Part shown: in pieces, positions 28,438-37,823 of the stretch | Numbering within the stretch: the first letter of the stretch is position 1 | Layout of the letters: every line of letters starts with the position of its first letter | Sequence record: NC_048016.1 | Reading direction: 5' to 3' (one strand) | DNA length: 64,000 nucleotides | The notes under the pieces: model-generated | What the model saw: only the letters and a program-made list of their open reading frames with translations | The model's database searches: none | What the model was told of the DNA's origin: nothing | Translations under genes and position numbers: made by a program

Positions 28438-28913
28438 TTGTGATGTCTATCGAGATTGACAAAATCTCACCCGACGTGTATCCGGAGCTGGCTGAGTTCC
28501 TTGCCGATGCCAACAGCATTCGCAAAGAACCCTTGCAGGTCTTGATGGCCGTCGAAGATGACATCGTGCACGGGATGGTGATTTACGAACCGGGTAACAT
28601 CGTTTACCTGTACGTGGTCCCGGAATCCCGTCGCAGTGGTGTGGCGCGTTTCCTTGTGAAGCACGTTGCCTCACAGTCGCCGGGTAAGCAGATGACGGCG
28701 ATAGTCAATCCCGACGCGGTCGATGCCCAGTGTTTCTTTTTGCAGAACGGTTGGCGAATAGAGAATTGGTTCAAAGGCCTCGATGATAAGTGGTATTTCC
28801 GTATGACGACTAAGGCGACACAACCGGCTCAGTCCCCGCCGGTTGAAGTAGGATTGGCCCGGTTTGCGAAGACGGTTCCAATCTTTATTTCGGTGGGTAA
28901 CAAAATAATATAA
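28434..28913 (+). CDS. GNAT-family acetyltransferase (159 aa)
   Basis: LYVVPESRRSGVARFLV acetyl-CoA motif A; AQCFFLQNGW motif B. Confidence 0.82.
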   Translation: MIVMSIEIDKISPDVYPELAEFLADANSIRKEPLQVLMAVEDDIVHGMVIYEPGNIVYLYVVPESRRSGVARFLVKHVASQSPGKQMTAIVNPDAVDAQCFFLQNGWRIENWFKGLDDKWYFRMTTKATQPAQSPPVEVGLARFAKTVPIFISVGNKII

Positions 28914-28927
28914 AACTCACGGGAAGT

Positions 28928-29422
28928 ATGAAAATGCAGCGTGTCGTCTATGAAACACGTCAACAGTGTGATAGCGGTGTGGAAGTTATCTGCGTTACTG
29001 AAAAGATAGCCGATTGTGACCTTGACCTTATTCGGTCGACCGTCCGCGGTCAGCCTGTCAAGATAATCCAAAGCACCGCCCTTAAAATTGCTTTACCTAA
29101 ATCTACACCAGCAATACGACCTAGTCGAAAGGCAGACTACCAAGCCCTGAGACAGCACTTCCTTAAACACTATCGCCGCTCGCTCTGGAAGGACGTGGTG
29201 ATGATGTTGGTGGATGAGTTTATCAAGGACTTGGAATGGGAAGTGATTTTAGCCGGTTCCGGCTTTAAGAGCAAACCGCCTGCCTATCACTGGGAACGTT
29301 TCAAAAAACAGTACCTCAAAACGATGCCAAACTGCCGCTACACGTGGAGCACCCGTAACATGCTCCCCCGACTAGAGGAGCAGCCTTGGCTTCAAGCTTA
29401 CCTGAAAGAGGATAAAAATTGA
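28928..29422 (+). CDS. Hypothetical basic protein (164 aa)
   Basis: Long ORF in operon. Confidence 0.65.
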   Translation: MKMQRVVYETRQQCDSGVEVICVTEKIADCDLDLIRSTVRGQPVKIIQSTALKIALPKSTPAIRPSRKADYQALRQHFLKHYRRSLWKDVVMMLVDEFIKDLEWEVILAGSGFKSKPPAYHWERFKKQYLKTMPNCRYTWSTRNMLPRLEEQPWLQAYLKEDKN

Positions 29423-29814
29423 TGCGTTCTGTATTGGCTGTTTTGCTGTTATTGGTATTTTCTCAGACTGCACATGCGGACTTCAATCCAAGTGAGATGC
29501 TGGGATACCAGCCTAACAGTCCCGACGAACCGAAAGTCAAATTCGAAGCGACCGACCGTGCGCGTACGGTAGCGGAAGGCGGGGATTTTGCCGTTGTCAA
29601 CTTCGGAAAAACAGACACCTGCCCGGGCGGTGGCTTTTACTTGGTAAACACCAAACGTAAAATCTACCAGTTCATCGACGCGGGGAGTTGTTATGAGAAC
29701 GTACGTGCAGACCTCTCGACGCCGCCGACTTCAATGAAGACGATTGCGACGCAAGTTCTCACGTTCTATATTGGCAAAACCATTATAGCCCGCTACCCGC
29801 TCTACGGGTACTGA
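29422..29814 (+). CDS. Secreted/periplasmic protein with signal peptide (130 aa)
   Basis: MRSVLAVLLLLVFSQTAHA-D, classic SPase I A-x-A site; two Cys. Confidence 0.75.
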   Translation: MRSVLAVLLLLVFSQTAHADFNPSEMLGYQPNSPDEPKVKFEATDRARTVAEGGDFAVVNFGKTDTCPGGGFYLVNTKRKIYQFIDAGSCYENVRADLSTPPTSMKTIATQVLTFYIGKTIIARYPLYGY

Positions 29815-29820
29815 CCGTCT

Positions 29821-29856
29821 CCCTGCTTACTTCGGTAGGCAGGGGGCTTTTCTTTT
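29821..29856 (+). terminator. Intrinsic terminator
   Basis: CCCTGCTTAC-TTCG-GTAGGCAGGG then T tract. Confidence 0.8.
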
Positions 29857-29868
29857 CGGAGCCGGACT

Positions 29869-30954
29869 ATGACTTTTATCATTACCCGCACCCGAACACA
29901 CCAACAGTCGCTATTGGATTTGGTGAACTATGCCAATGACGATACGATCGATACGCCTTTGACGGTAGCGAACACCGGTATCACAAAGCGTGGGGAACTC
30001 TACCCGGGTGTTTACGGGCTGCGACTCACTAACCTGTCGAAGGAAGACGACACGGTCGATGTGCAACACACCAAGATTCAACTCGGTGATATCCTCCTCT
30101 TTAGCAAGGCAGACTTAAGTTGGTTCAACCCGCTTAACGTTCCGTCAAGCAACCGGGTGTGGGACAATGCTGCACAGGCGATGGTTGAGAATGCCATTGC
30201 CAAAATGGGCTTTAACATCAGTAAAATCTTTACCCCACCGAATGCGTGTTTCGTCACGTACAACACGGATGAAAGCGGGTGGTTCATTACGTTTCGTTGT
30301 GACTCGTTCGTGTTTGAAGAAGTATTTCTCTATCGCCTGCCGCACTACTTCGGCGAGTTTGTAACGAACAAAGATTTGGTGGGTTTTCAGTTCAATCCAG
30401 TGGGGAGCACGGAGCCACCCATTCCAGATGCGTATCCTGTGGTGTTTACGAAAGCGCCGTGGGATTTATTGATTGGGCTGGTTAACTTTGAGAACGGTTT
30501 CACGTTTGATAAGAACCAGTTTGCATGGAAGGACTTAACAGTCCTGAGCACGCCATCAGTGAAAGGCGGGGATACCGGCATCGATTTAGATTTGCTGGCT
30601 GAGCCTTCGGAGGTAATAGAAGACTGGGTGACCTTTACGTACAAACGTATGGCCCTGTCTGCGGTGTGGCCAAAGACACCGGTGTTAACCACGGCAGAGG
30701 TGGGGTTCAATCGCAATGACCGCACCATCGATGTCCCGACGTTAATCGCCACACTGGCAGGCCGCTTCTACCTCGACCAAAGCAACTATGGATTCACGTT
30801 TGATTACCTCAAACGTCGGGTAACGATTACCGCACTCAGCACCAACGTCGCCTTTACGGGGAGCGTACAGCTTACTGTTGCTATCACGATAGGGTTGGCC
30901 GAACTGGTGACGGTGCGGATGTTAAACGGCTTTGAGCCGGGCAAGTTTTACTGA
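29869..30954 (+). CDS. Tail/baseplate paralog-family protein with duplicated module (361 aa)
   Basis: SLLDLVNYAND and DLLIGLVNFENG begin two copies; ends MLNGFEP. Confidence 0.6.
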   Translation: MTFIITRTRTHQQSLLDLVNYANDDTIDTPLTVANTGITKRGELYPGVYGLRLTNLSKEDDTVDVQHTKIQLGDILLFSKADLSWFNPLNVPSSNRVWDNAAQAMVENAIAKMGFNISKIFTPPNACFVTYNTDESGWFITFRCDSFVFEEVFLYRLPHYFGEFVTNKDLVGFQFNPVGSTEPPIPDAYPVVFTKAPWDLLIGLVNFENGFTFDKNQFAWKDLTVLSTPSVKGGDTGIDLDLLAEPSEVIEDWVTFTYKRMALSAVWPKTPVLTTAEVGFNRNDRTIDVPTLIATLAGRFYLDQSNYGFTFDYLKRRVTITALSTNVAFTGSVQLTVAITIGLAELVTVRMLNGFEPGKFY

Positions 30955-30962
30955 CGTGCCCC

Positions 30963-31000
30963 TACCCTCTCTTCGGAGGGGGTAAAACCTCTTATTTTTT
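30963..31000 (+). terminator. Intrinsic terminator
   Basis: TACCCTCTC-TTCG-GAGGGGGTA, T tract somewhat displaced. Confidence 0.65.
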
Positions 31001-31035
31001 GCGTCACCCGCGTTGGTTATAGGAGGTACGCAACC

Positions 31036-31602
31036 ATGAAAAAATATAAACTGGCTATTATTGGCTCACGTGAGACCGATCAAGAAACCATGCAAGAAAT
31101 GTATGCCCAATTACTGGCCGGTATTAATATCCTGTTGGAGAAAGGGTACGACCTTGAAATCACAAGCGGCGGCTGCTGGAAAGGTCCCGACCAGTTGCAG
31201 TTTATGCTGGCCCGGTACTTTAAAGGCGACCCCCGCCTGACCTTTATTTGTTATCTCCCCGATGACAAGAAGCTGTGGCTGAAAGAAAAGAACCCGTTTG
31301 TGGACTTCCGGGTAATTGAGCAAACTCCGCTGTATCAGGAGATTGTACGTTCGCTGCACCCGGCACCCGATTACCTGAATGACTGGGCGCACAAACTGCA
31401 CGGACGTAACTTGAATATCATTATGGGTGATGATTTGCACACGCCATCGGATGCTGTGTACTACTCAGCACCGATCAATAAGCAAGGCAACCCAACTGGC
31501 GGTACGTTTATGGGCGTACAATACGCGAAGTCCGTCAACGTCCCAACCTTCCATCACGCAAACCAAGGCCAAGACTGGCTGGCGTCCTTGCGTTTATTAT
31601 GA
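31036..31602 (+). CDS. SLOG-superfamily (DprA/Smf/YspA-like) nucleotide-binding protein (188 aa)
   Basis: LAIIGSR, ITSGGCWKGPDQ, GGTFMGVQYAKSVNVPTF motifs; AGGAGG RBS. Confidence 0.75.
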   Translation: MKKYKLAIIGSRETDQETMQEMYAQLLAGINILLEKGYDLEITSGGCWKGPDQLQFMLARYFKGDPRLTFICYLPDDKKLWLKEKNPFVDFRVIEQTPLYQEIVRSLHPAPDYLNDWAHKLHGRNLNIIMGDDLHTPSDAVYYSAPINKQGNPTGGTFMGVQYAKSVNVPTFHHANQGQDWLASLRLL

Positions 31603-31618
31603 TTCCTCTGAGGCACAC

Positions 31619-31882
31619 ATGCAATCAACATCTCTGCTGCAAAGATTGAAGGAGGCGTTCTGTCCGCCCCCGCCTAAACCTGCGCCGATTCAACAGCCGG
31701 TCGAATGGCAAGGGACGGAGAAGGAGTTCTTCGAGTATCTGGATAAACGTGACTTCCTGTCCGTGCCGGATAATGCAGAACGTCCACGCGTGATTAACTA
31801 CGTAGACGGGAAGACCAACGAGCTGTTCGCCGTTGCCGTCCGCTGGCCAAATCGTTATTACTACTATTTAATCGAAACCTGA
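31619..31882 (+). CDS. Hypothetical protein (87 aa)
   Basis: ATG 31619 behind GAGG. Confidence 0.6.
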   Translation: MQSTSLLQRLKEAFCPPPPKPAPIQQPVEWQGTEKEFFEYLDKRDFLSVPDNAERPRVINYVDGKTNELFAVAVRWPNRYYYYLIET

Positions 31883-31903
31883 TAACGGTTCGAGGGTAGA
31901 CTC

Positions 31904-32902
31904 ATGTCATTAGAACAAGATTTTGAAACGTTGTGGGAGAACTACGATACCGTGGTCGCACTCGAGTCTATCGGTGTGGGTATTGACAACCCTGCAATCC
32001 AGTCTATCGCCAAGCGCTGGGGGTTAGATGATGTGGTGTTAGTGGCGGGCGAATCTGCTCGTGATAAAACACCTAAGAAAACCTCTTCTCTGTTGGCGCA
32101 AGTCTTCAATGACTTTGCTGGCTTCTTCGGTACCCGTTATGTGGAACTCCTGAAGAAGATGAACAACCAAGCAGACCTGTTGGAGAAGCACGCCACTGAC
32201 ATGGAATCGCGCCTGAATAAAATCAGTGCGTTGCATGCCCATGAAGTGCCAAGCGGTAGTTGGACATCCAAAGTCTGTTTTGAAGACCTGCCCAATTTCA
32301 AAGAGTGCATTAAGCTTGCGAACTCTGCTGATGGGTTAGAAGCCGTGGTGAAGCAGTACACGGTTCTGACCCGCCAGATTGTGTTCTCGCCGGTGATTGA
32401 CCGCCGTAAGATGGAGAACGGGGAGCTGACCAAAATTGGTTACAGTTCCAACGCCGCTATCCATCGTGCGTCAGGGTATTTAGGTCGCCTTGGTGAGGCA
32501 GATGTTCAAGCCCGTCCACTGGCTGGCAATGTGATTGTTGTCACCCGGGGTGAAGGCGAGAAGGGCAAGGTGCAGTTTGCCGTGGCGCACGGTGGCGATT
32601 ACAAAGGTGAGATTCCCTCGCTGGAGCTGTCCGAGTGTAAGAAGGCACTGGGCGCAGTTCGTACCATCGCTAAAACGCTGCGTAATCGCGGTGCGAAGAA
32701 TGGCGTGTTTGGTTACAGCGGCATCTACGAAGAAATCGAGAAGATGAAAGCGGGGCTCAAACAGCACGAAGGTGCCGAGCTGCGTCTGGCCACCCTGCGT
32801 TACAAAAACGCACTGGAACTCGAGAATGCATTCACTACCGCACTTGACCGTGTCGGTGATGGTTTAATTAACTGGGTAGCCGCAAGTATTAAAGCCGGTT
32901 AG
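31904..32902 (+). CDS. Probable internal head protein, paralog A (332 aa)
   Basis: Acidic N-terminal propeptide with VALE-S and VAGE-S maturation-type sites; paralog of next gene. Confidence 0.6.
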   Translation: MSLEQDFETLWENYDTVVALESIGVGIDNPAIQSIAKRWGLDDVVLVAGESARDKTPKKTSSLLAQVFNDFAGFFGTRYVELLKKMNNQADLLEKHATDMESRLNKISALHAHEVPSGSWTSKVCFEDLPNFKECIKLANSADGLEAVVKQYTVLTRQIVFSPVIDRRKMENGELTKIGYSSNAAIHRASGYLGRLGEADVQARPLAGNVIVVTRGEGEKGKVQFAVAHGGDYKGEIPSLELSECKKALGAVRTIAKTLRNRGAKNGVFGYSGIYEEIEKMKAGLKQHEGAELRLATLRYKNALELENAFTTALDRVGDGLINWVAASIKAG

Positions 32903-32914
32903 TAGGAGACGACG

Positions 32915-34057
32915 ATGTCAGCGCTCGAGAAAGATTTGGAAATCCTGAACGACGATTGGGATCGTTTAGTGGCATTAGAAGCACTGGGCGCTGGCCCCGA
33001 CTATCCTGCGATTGCGGCGATTCGTCAACGGTGGTGTTTGTCAGACGACACAGGCCACTTTGTTGCCGGTGAATCTAACGCCATGGAACGGGCCCAAGTC
33101 TTACACGACGAGGCCCGGTTCGGCAGTATCCGTAACGTCTATACCCGTAAAGCCGCAGGGGCGGTTGGTAAAGGCGTGGCAAACGTCGCCGGTGCTGCCG
33201 GACGGGTTGCTGGGAAAGGTGTGAAAGCGGCCGGTGTTGCAGCGGGTCGCACATCCCATCAGCTGGCCATGCGTTTTGTGGACTTCGCCGATGAGCTGGC
33301 CAAAGATACCACGAAGAAAATCAAACACGTGGTGAACAAGGCAACCCTTTTAGAAAACCAATTGCACAAGCTCCGCAAGGCCCTCAGTGAGGCAGGCGAG
33401 TTAGGCAAGGGGACGGTGGAAGCCGGTAAGTGGACTTCGAAGGTGTGCGTTGAGGATAAAGTCGACCTCGACAAGACCATTGAGTTTACCAACCACACCA
33501 AGGCGATTGAAGCCCGTGTCGATGAGTTCACGGTGCATGTCCGTAGCGTGATGAAAGGCAAGAAGGAAATGGAGGACGGGACGGTTGCTAAACTGGGTCG
33601 GTCAACCAACTGGGCGGTCAAGCGCGCATCGGGTATCATTGGTATCGTGAGCCCTGCGAAAGAAATCACCGCAACCTGTTTCGGTGGGAACGTGATTATC
33701 GTTGAGCGCATTAACGGTAACATTACCTACGCGGTCGCCAAAGACGGTGACTACGGGCACACCATGCCTGCCCTGTCTAAGGCAGATTGCGAACGGGCGT
33801 TGGACGGTGCTGAGAAAGCCATTGAAACATTACGGGCACTCGGCGTGAAACGCAAAATCACCGGCTTTACGGCCGTGGATGAAGAAGCAGAAGCGCTGAA
33901 GGCTGACCTCAAGAACGTGGCCCTGAAAGACCTGCGGCGTGCCACGGGCTACTACAAGTCCGCCATGGCACTGAACGACGGGTTTGTCACCGCGATGGTT
34001 CGCTCAACCGAGGGTCTTCTGGAGTACGTCCGCCAGTCTATCAAGGAGGGGCAATGA
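32915..34057 (+). CDS. Probable internal head protein, paralog B (380 aa)
   Basis: VALE-A and VAGE-S sites; alignable along its length with 31904..32902. Confidence 0.6.
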   Translation: MSALEKDLEILNDDWDRLVALEALGAGPDYPAIAAIRQRWCLSDDTGHFVAGESNAMERAQVLHDEARFGSIRNVYTRKAAGAVGKGVANVAGAAGRVAGKGVKAAGVAAGRTSHQLAMRFVDFADELAKDTTKKIKHVVNKATLLENQLHKLRKALSEAGELGKGTVEAGKWTSKVCVEDKVDLDKTIEFTNHTKAIEARVDEFTVHVRSVMKGKKEMEDGTVAKLGRSTNWAVKRASGIIGIVSPAKEITATCFGGNVIIVERINGNITYAVAKDGDYGHTMPALSKADCERALDGAEKAIETLRALGVKRKITGFTAVDEEAEALKADLKNVALKDLRRATGYYKSAMALNDGFVTAMVRSTEGLLEYVRQSIKEGQ

Positions 34058-34521
34058 TTATTAAAGTTGCCCTTTCGGTTACGTCACCACTTGGGAAGAA
34101 GTACCAAGACCAGATACTCACGCAGTATCGAAGTCTGTTTGCGACGATGCAACCGTTGGTCAAAGAAATCAACGGGCGTCACGCATACCGCCAGTTCGGG
34201 AGTCTCGCTGCAAAGTGGGGTCCCGGGGAATGCATGGCATTGGCGATTGATGAGTCAACGGAAACGTTGCTCGGTTTTCTACATTTCTCATACAGCACCT
34301 CAGGGGATCGGTTCCTCTGGATTCACAACTTCTTCGTGTCTGAATCAGAACGGGGACGGGGGACAGGCAAGGCATTAATGGAGTGGACGCAAAACTACGG
34401 CCGGACAAAAGGCTGTCAGTGGGCACAACTCTATGTGTTGGACAATAACACCTCCGCACAACGCCTGTATGAATCCATGGGCTTTCAAACCGAGAACCGG
34501 GGTATGACTCTGGAGCTCTAA
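34054..34521 (+). CDS. GNAT-family acetyltransferase (155 aa)
   Basis: FFVSESERGRGTGKALM, LYVLDNNTSAQRLYESMGF: textbook GNAT motifs. Confidence 0.92.
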   Translation: MIIKVALSVTSPLGKKYQDQILTQYRSLFATMQPLVKEINGRHAYRQFGSLAAKWGPGECMALAIDESTETLLGFLHFSYSTSGDRFLWIHNFFVSESERGRGTGKALMEWTQNYGRTKGCQWAQLYVLDNNTSAQRLYESMGFQTENRGMTLEL

Positions 34522-34522
34522 C

Positions 34523-35113
34523 ATGACACAGTTTCGCACGGTACCGCACCACAGTGGTCAACGGTTTACGTTTGGTATCAAACGCTTTGCTATTCCCCAT
34601 CGTCCGGGTTGGAAAACCGTTCGGGCCATGGGACAGTTCTGGCGTTTGCCACCGGGTCTTTCGCAGTACCTAACGGATGACGATGTACAACGGTTGGCCA
34701 CCACCTGTGATGCACGACAGCGTGCGAGCTTTGAGGTCGTGTGCCAAGCAACAGAGATGCGCAAGACGTGTAATGCGTGTGAGCAGGGGATTTACTGGAC
34801 GGGGCAGAAAGCGTTCCAAGTCGGGGCAGTCGATGACACCGCCAAGGTGACACCGTGGCACGGTGAAATCAACGGGGTTATCTTTACAGGCATTCGCATC
34901 ACCACCGGTGAGCATGATTACCTGTTGGCCACCGACAAAGACGTTCCCATGGCCACGTTCTACAAATACCTGATGTTCTACTCCCACTACATTTCAAAGC
35001 GGTCTTTGACCACCACTGATGCGGGCTACTCAATTAGCAGACTGCCCTATCGATCGGACAAGAGGCTGGAGAAATGTTCTATCGAGACCTTGAGCGCTTT
35101 GCCGAAGCATTAA
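34523..35113 (+). CDS. Hypothetical protein (196 aa)
   Basis: Coupled to the GNAT gene (1 bp gap). Confidence 0.65.
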   Translation: MTQFRTVPHHSGQRFTFGIKRFAIPHRPGWKTVRAMGQFWRLPPGLSQYLTDDDVQRLATTCDARQRASFEVVCQATEMRKTCNACEQGIYWTGQKAFQVGAVDDTAKVTPWHGEINGVIFTGIRITTGEHDYLLATDKDVPMATFYKYLMFYSHYISKRSLTTTDAGYSISRLPYRSDKRLEKCSIETLSALPKH

Positions 35114-35451
35114 ACCGGCAAGATTTAGCTAAGGACGGCAAATTGCACGATGTGATTTACGTCCTTGAACACGTTGACGATGCACCCCGGGTTGCGGTGT
35201 CCTGCGAACCGTGTGGGGCCGGTGTAAACCGGGTGTGTCTGAGTGTCCGTTCTGCCCACGGTGAGATTGTATTGAACTTTCGCGCTGACCACGAATATCT
35301 GTTGGTGCTGCGTTCTTATATCCGTCAGCCTGACCACGATAACAGTCTTATCGTGCGATGGTGTGATGACTACCAAGGGTTTGGCTTCCCACTCGAGGCC
35401 CACAAACGCACGGTATATGAGTTCGTCCGTGCTGTTGTTAACGGCTTTTAG
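35074..35451 (+). CDS. Hypothetical protein (125 aa)
   Basis: GGAG RBS, 40 bp overlap with previous gene. Confidence 0.65.
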   Translation: MFYRDLERFAEALNRQDLAKDGKLHDVIYVLEHVDDAPRVAVSCEPCGAGVNRVCLSVRSAHGEIVLNFRADHEYLLVLRSYIRQPDHDNSLIVRWCDDYQGFGFPLEAHKRTVYEFVRAVVNGF

Positions 35452-35459
35452 GAGGGAAG

Positions 35460-36050
35460 ATGATACTCGACTCGATTATTTTAATCGCCAACAAATCTGT
35501 AACGACCAAAAAAGAAATCCCTCCGACCGTTGCCGTTCATCGTGGACGCTATAAGCGACTCTACCACATCGCAACCGTTGTGGAGATTGCCTGCAAAGTT
35601 GCCAAAATGAAACGCCCACCGTCGTCAAGGGATTTCAACCGTGTTAAAGGTATCCTGCACAAAGCGATTTGTGTGATTCATCAAAAGCGTCACAAATCAC
35701 CTTACCGTGGTTTGCTGCGCACCCCACAGGAGGTTCCCATGACCCGTGAGGGAATTGTGGACTTGCGTGAGAAGACGTGTAACGTTGTTGGGTTAGCCCG
35801 TCAGCGTCTGACGTCGATTATCAACGAAACCAAAAGTCCAGCCAGTCTGCAAGAAGCCACCGCCGCCATCGAACTGATGAAAACCGCGGAGCTTGTGATT
35901 GTAGAGACCGACATCCAGTCGTATCGTCTGCAGCACTACCTTGCTGAACGCGGACTGCTCCCGTTAGTCATCACCAGTGAAAAGGCCGTCGGTCTTGACA
36001 TGCCCGCCACCGATGATGATTGGTCTGAGCCCACCGTTGATCTTCAGTAA
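35460..36050 (+). CDS. Hypothetical protein (196 aa)
   Basis: AGGAGG RBS; terminator follows. Confidence 0.65.
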   Translation: MILDSIILIANKSVTTKKEIPPTVAVHRGRYKRLYHIATVVEIACKVAKMKRPPSSRDFNRVKGILHKAICVIHQKRHKSPYRGLLRTPQEVPMTREGIVDLREKTCNVVGLARQRLTSIINETKSPASLQEATAAIELMKTAELVIVETDIQSYRLQHYLAERGLLPLVITSEKAVGLDMPATDDDWSEPTVDLQ

Positions 36051-36055
36051 CAGTC

Positions 36056-36090
36056 TCCACCTCTTCGGAGGTGGAATTGTTATTTTCTTT
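36056..36090 (+). terminator. Intrinsic terminator
   Basis: TCCACCTC-TTCG-GAGGTGGA then T-rich tract. Confidence 0.75.
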
Positions 36091-36141
36091 AGTCCCAACA
36101 TCAATTACAGATGTTGCCTATAATTTGACCAATCCGCAGCA

Positions 36142-36792
36142 GTGAATACGGAAATAAACAACGTGAGAAAAATAGTTTCTTGGGACGGGCCCGACTATGC
36201 AGGCAAAACGTTCCTGCGTAAGAAAGTGCAAGCCATGTTAGAAGTCTTGGGCTACACGGTGAAGGCTTACGGTAACCCCCGCACAGATTCTCCCACTGGG
36301 CAAGAGGCACGTCGTCTCCTGCTCCAGTCTGCCTCGAGTGAACGTGTCGCAGAAGCCATGGTTGCGGATTTTCAAGCAACCCTAAACGCGCCTGAAAATC
36401 AGGACGTGGACTTCTTGTTCATGGACCACTTCCTCGCGAGTACCACAGTCCATCAGGGTGAAGCCGGTAAGGTGGCTGCTTTCCGTTCAGGCATTATCGA
36501 ACAGATGGCACCGCCCCACGTATTCGTCTCGTTAGATGTAGACTACAACACAGCAATGAAGCGCGCTCGTCAGAGACGCGCACAAGAAGGTAAGCCGTGG
36601 GAGGACGATGTCCTGACCTACAAATACACTCAGAACGAGGAGTCATGGAATGGGTTGCGCGATAAGTTTCGCTTCGCCCTGCACATCCTGACCGAAGGGG
36701 GTAACCGGTGTAACCACATCGCGATGCCGTCCGGGGAAATCGGCCCGAGTGATATTGCAAAGTTAGTCCATGAGCTGACCCGAGATAAATAG
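36142..36792 (+). CDS. tmk: Thymidylate-kinase-like dNMP kinase with atypical motifs (216 aa)
   Basis: P-loop DGPDYAGKT, DHFLAST.VHQG (canonical DR..S..AYQG), VSLDVD..TAMKR lid; GTG start; TATAAT at 36119-36124. Confidence 0.78.
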   Translation: MNTEINNVRKIVSWDGPDYAGKTFLRKKVQAMLEVLGYTVKAYGNPRTDSPTGQEARRLLLQSASSERVAEAMVADFQATLNAPENQDVDFLFMDHFLASTTVHQGEAGKVAAFRSGIIEQMAPPHVFVSLDVDYNTAMKRARQRRAQEGKPWEDDVLTYKYTQNEESWNGLRDKFRFALHILTEGGNRCNHIAMPSGEIGPSDIAKLVHELTRDK

Positions 36793-36798
36793 CAGCAC

Positions 36799-36831
36799 CC
36801 CCTACTCTTTGGAGTAGGGGTCTTTTCTTTT
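36799..36831 (+). terminator. Intrinsic terminator
   Basis: CCCCTACTC-TTTG-GAGTAGGGG then T tract. Confidence 0.85.
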
Positions 36832-36842
36832 CATCCTAAAAA

Positions 36843-36867
36843 TTTACAGGTAGATATTATCATTGTG
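36843..36867 (+). promoter_or_regulatory. Candidate early promoter, copy 4
   Basis: TTTACAGGTAGATATTAT-catt-GTG. Confidence 0.7.
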
Positions 36868-36943
36868 AGTATTAAGCAATCACTTGATTAATGCCGACAA
36901 AAAGGAAATAAAAAAGATGAGAACATAACAGAGGAGAAATATC

Positions 36944-37330
36944 ATGTTCTATTTAATGAAAGAAAGTGTTGTAGAGTTTATTGTAAAATTGCGCGTTGCG
37001 CATTGGGTAAGGAAACACGGTTGCAGTTTTCGTAATGTGGTAAGTTACCACAAAAACGGATATGTTCGTCCACTGGTTCCGCAGTTTCATCAGGGCCGTG
37101 TGAAGTTCGATGAAGAAGCGTATCAGAAGCTGTGTAAGATATTGCACCGCAAAGTTACTGTGGACACATGGGAAATTGATATACCGGACAGTGAAACTAA
37201 AACCAAAATCCATCCGGTTACAACCCCGTGTGTGGCTATCCCCGCTTGGCTGGTGACAGGTGAAGTGCGTGACTTCGGTCGCAAGCACCACGGCCAGATT
37301 TACATCCCGCTTTACAAAGACGTTATTTAA
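36944..37330 (+). CDS. Early hypothetical protein, paralog of next (128 aa)
   Basis: GAGGAG RBS; TTPCVAI...IYIPLY C-terminus. Confidence 0.7.
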   Translation: MFYLMKESVVEFIVKLRVAHWVRKHGCSFRNVVSYHKNGYVRPLVPQFHQGRVKFDEEAYQKLCKILHRKVTVDTWEIDIPDSETKTKIHPVTTPCVAIPAWLVTGEVRDFGRKHHGQIYIPLYKDVI

Positions 37331-37336
37331 GCTGTG

Positions 37337-37366
37337 GGGAACATCCGTTTGGGTGTTCCCTTTTTT
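37337..37366 (+). terminator. Intrinsic terminator
   Basis: GGGAACATCC-GTTT-GGGTGTTCCC then T6. Confidence 0.8.
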
Positions 37367-37388
37367 CAATTAAAAGTAAGGAGTAATC

Positions 37389-37799
37389 ATGATAGCCACA
37401 TTTGTAAAAGAGACCTTCTCAGAAGGCCTGAGCGAAGCGATGCAAAACTACGCCATCAATCGTTTAGTCGTAAAGTATGCCCAACCCTTTCGTAACGACT
37501 GCGCACAAGGTGCGTGGTCAGAACTGACACGTGACGAATGGCCACACCTGACACACCGTGGTGGGGAATTCCATGCCCGCTTTAACATCGCCGCTTACGA
37601 GAAGTTTGAATCTGTATTAGGTCGCGGCATTCCGATTGTGTCGTGGGAGTGCGTTGGTAACGAGTGCGACGTGTTGAAAGAACCTAATGGTCGCACCACG
37701 CCGTGCATCGCGATAAACGCAGGGTACCTGACCGAAGCGAATCTGCGTCTGGGCCGCCAAGTGAAACACTATATCTACATCCCGCTGTATACCCGCTAA
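37389..37799 (+). CDS. Early hypothetical protein (136 aa)
   Basis: GTAAGGAGTAAT RBS; TTPCIAI...IYIPLY C-terminus. Confidence 0.75.
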   Translation: MIATFVKETFSEGLSEAMQNYAINRLVVKYAQPFRNDCAQGAWSELTRDEWPHLTHRGGEFHARFNIAAYEKFESVLGRGIPIVSWECVGNECDVLKEPNGRTTPCIAINAGYLTEANLRLGRQVKHYIYIPLYTR

Positions 37800-37823
37800 C
37801 TGAAACTTGTAAGGAGTAATCTC

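Noticed and set aside
30997-31022. TTTTGC-N15-TATAG as another bipartite promoter
   Set aside because: Mismatches in both elements, and the start site would fall inside the RBS; kept only as a weak possibility
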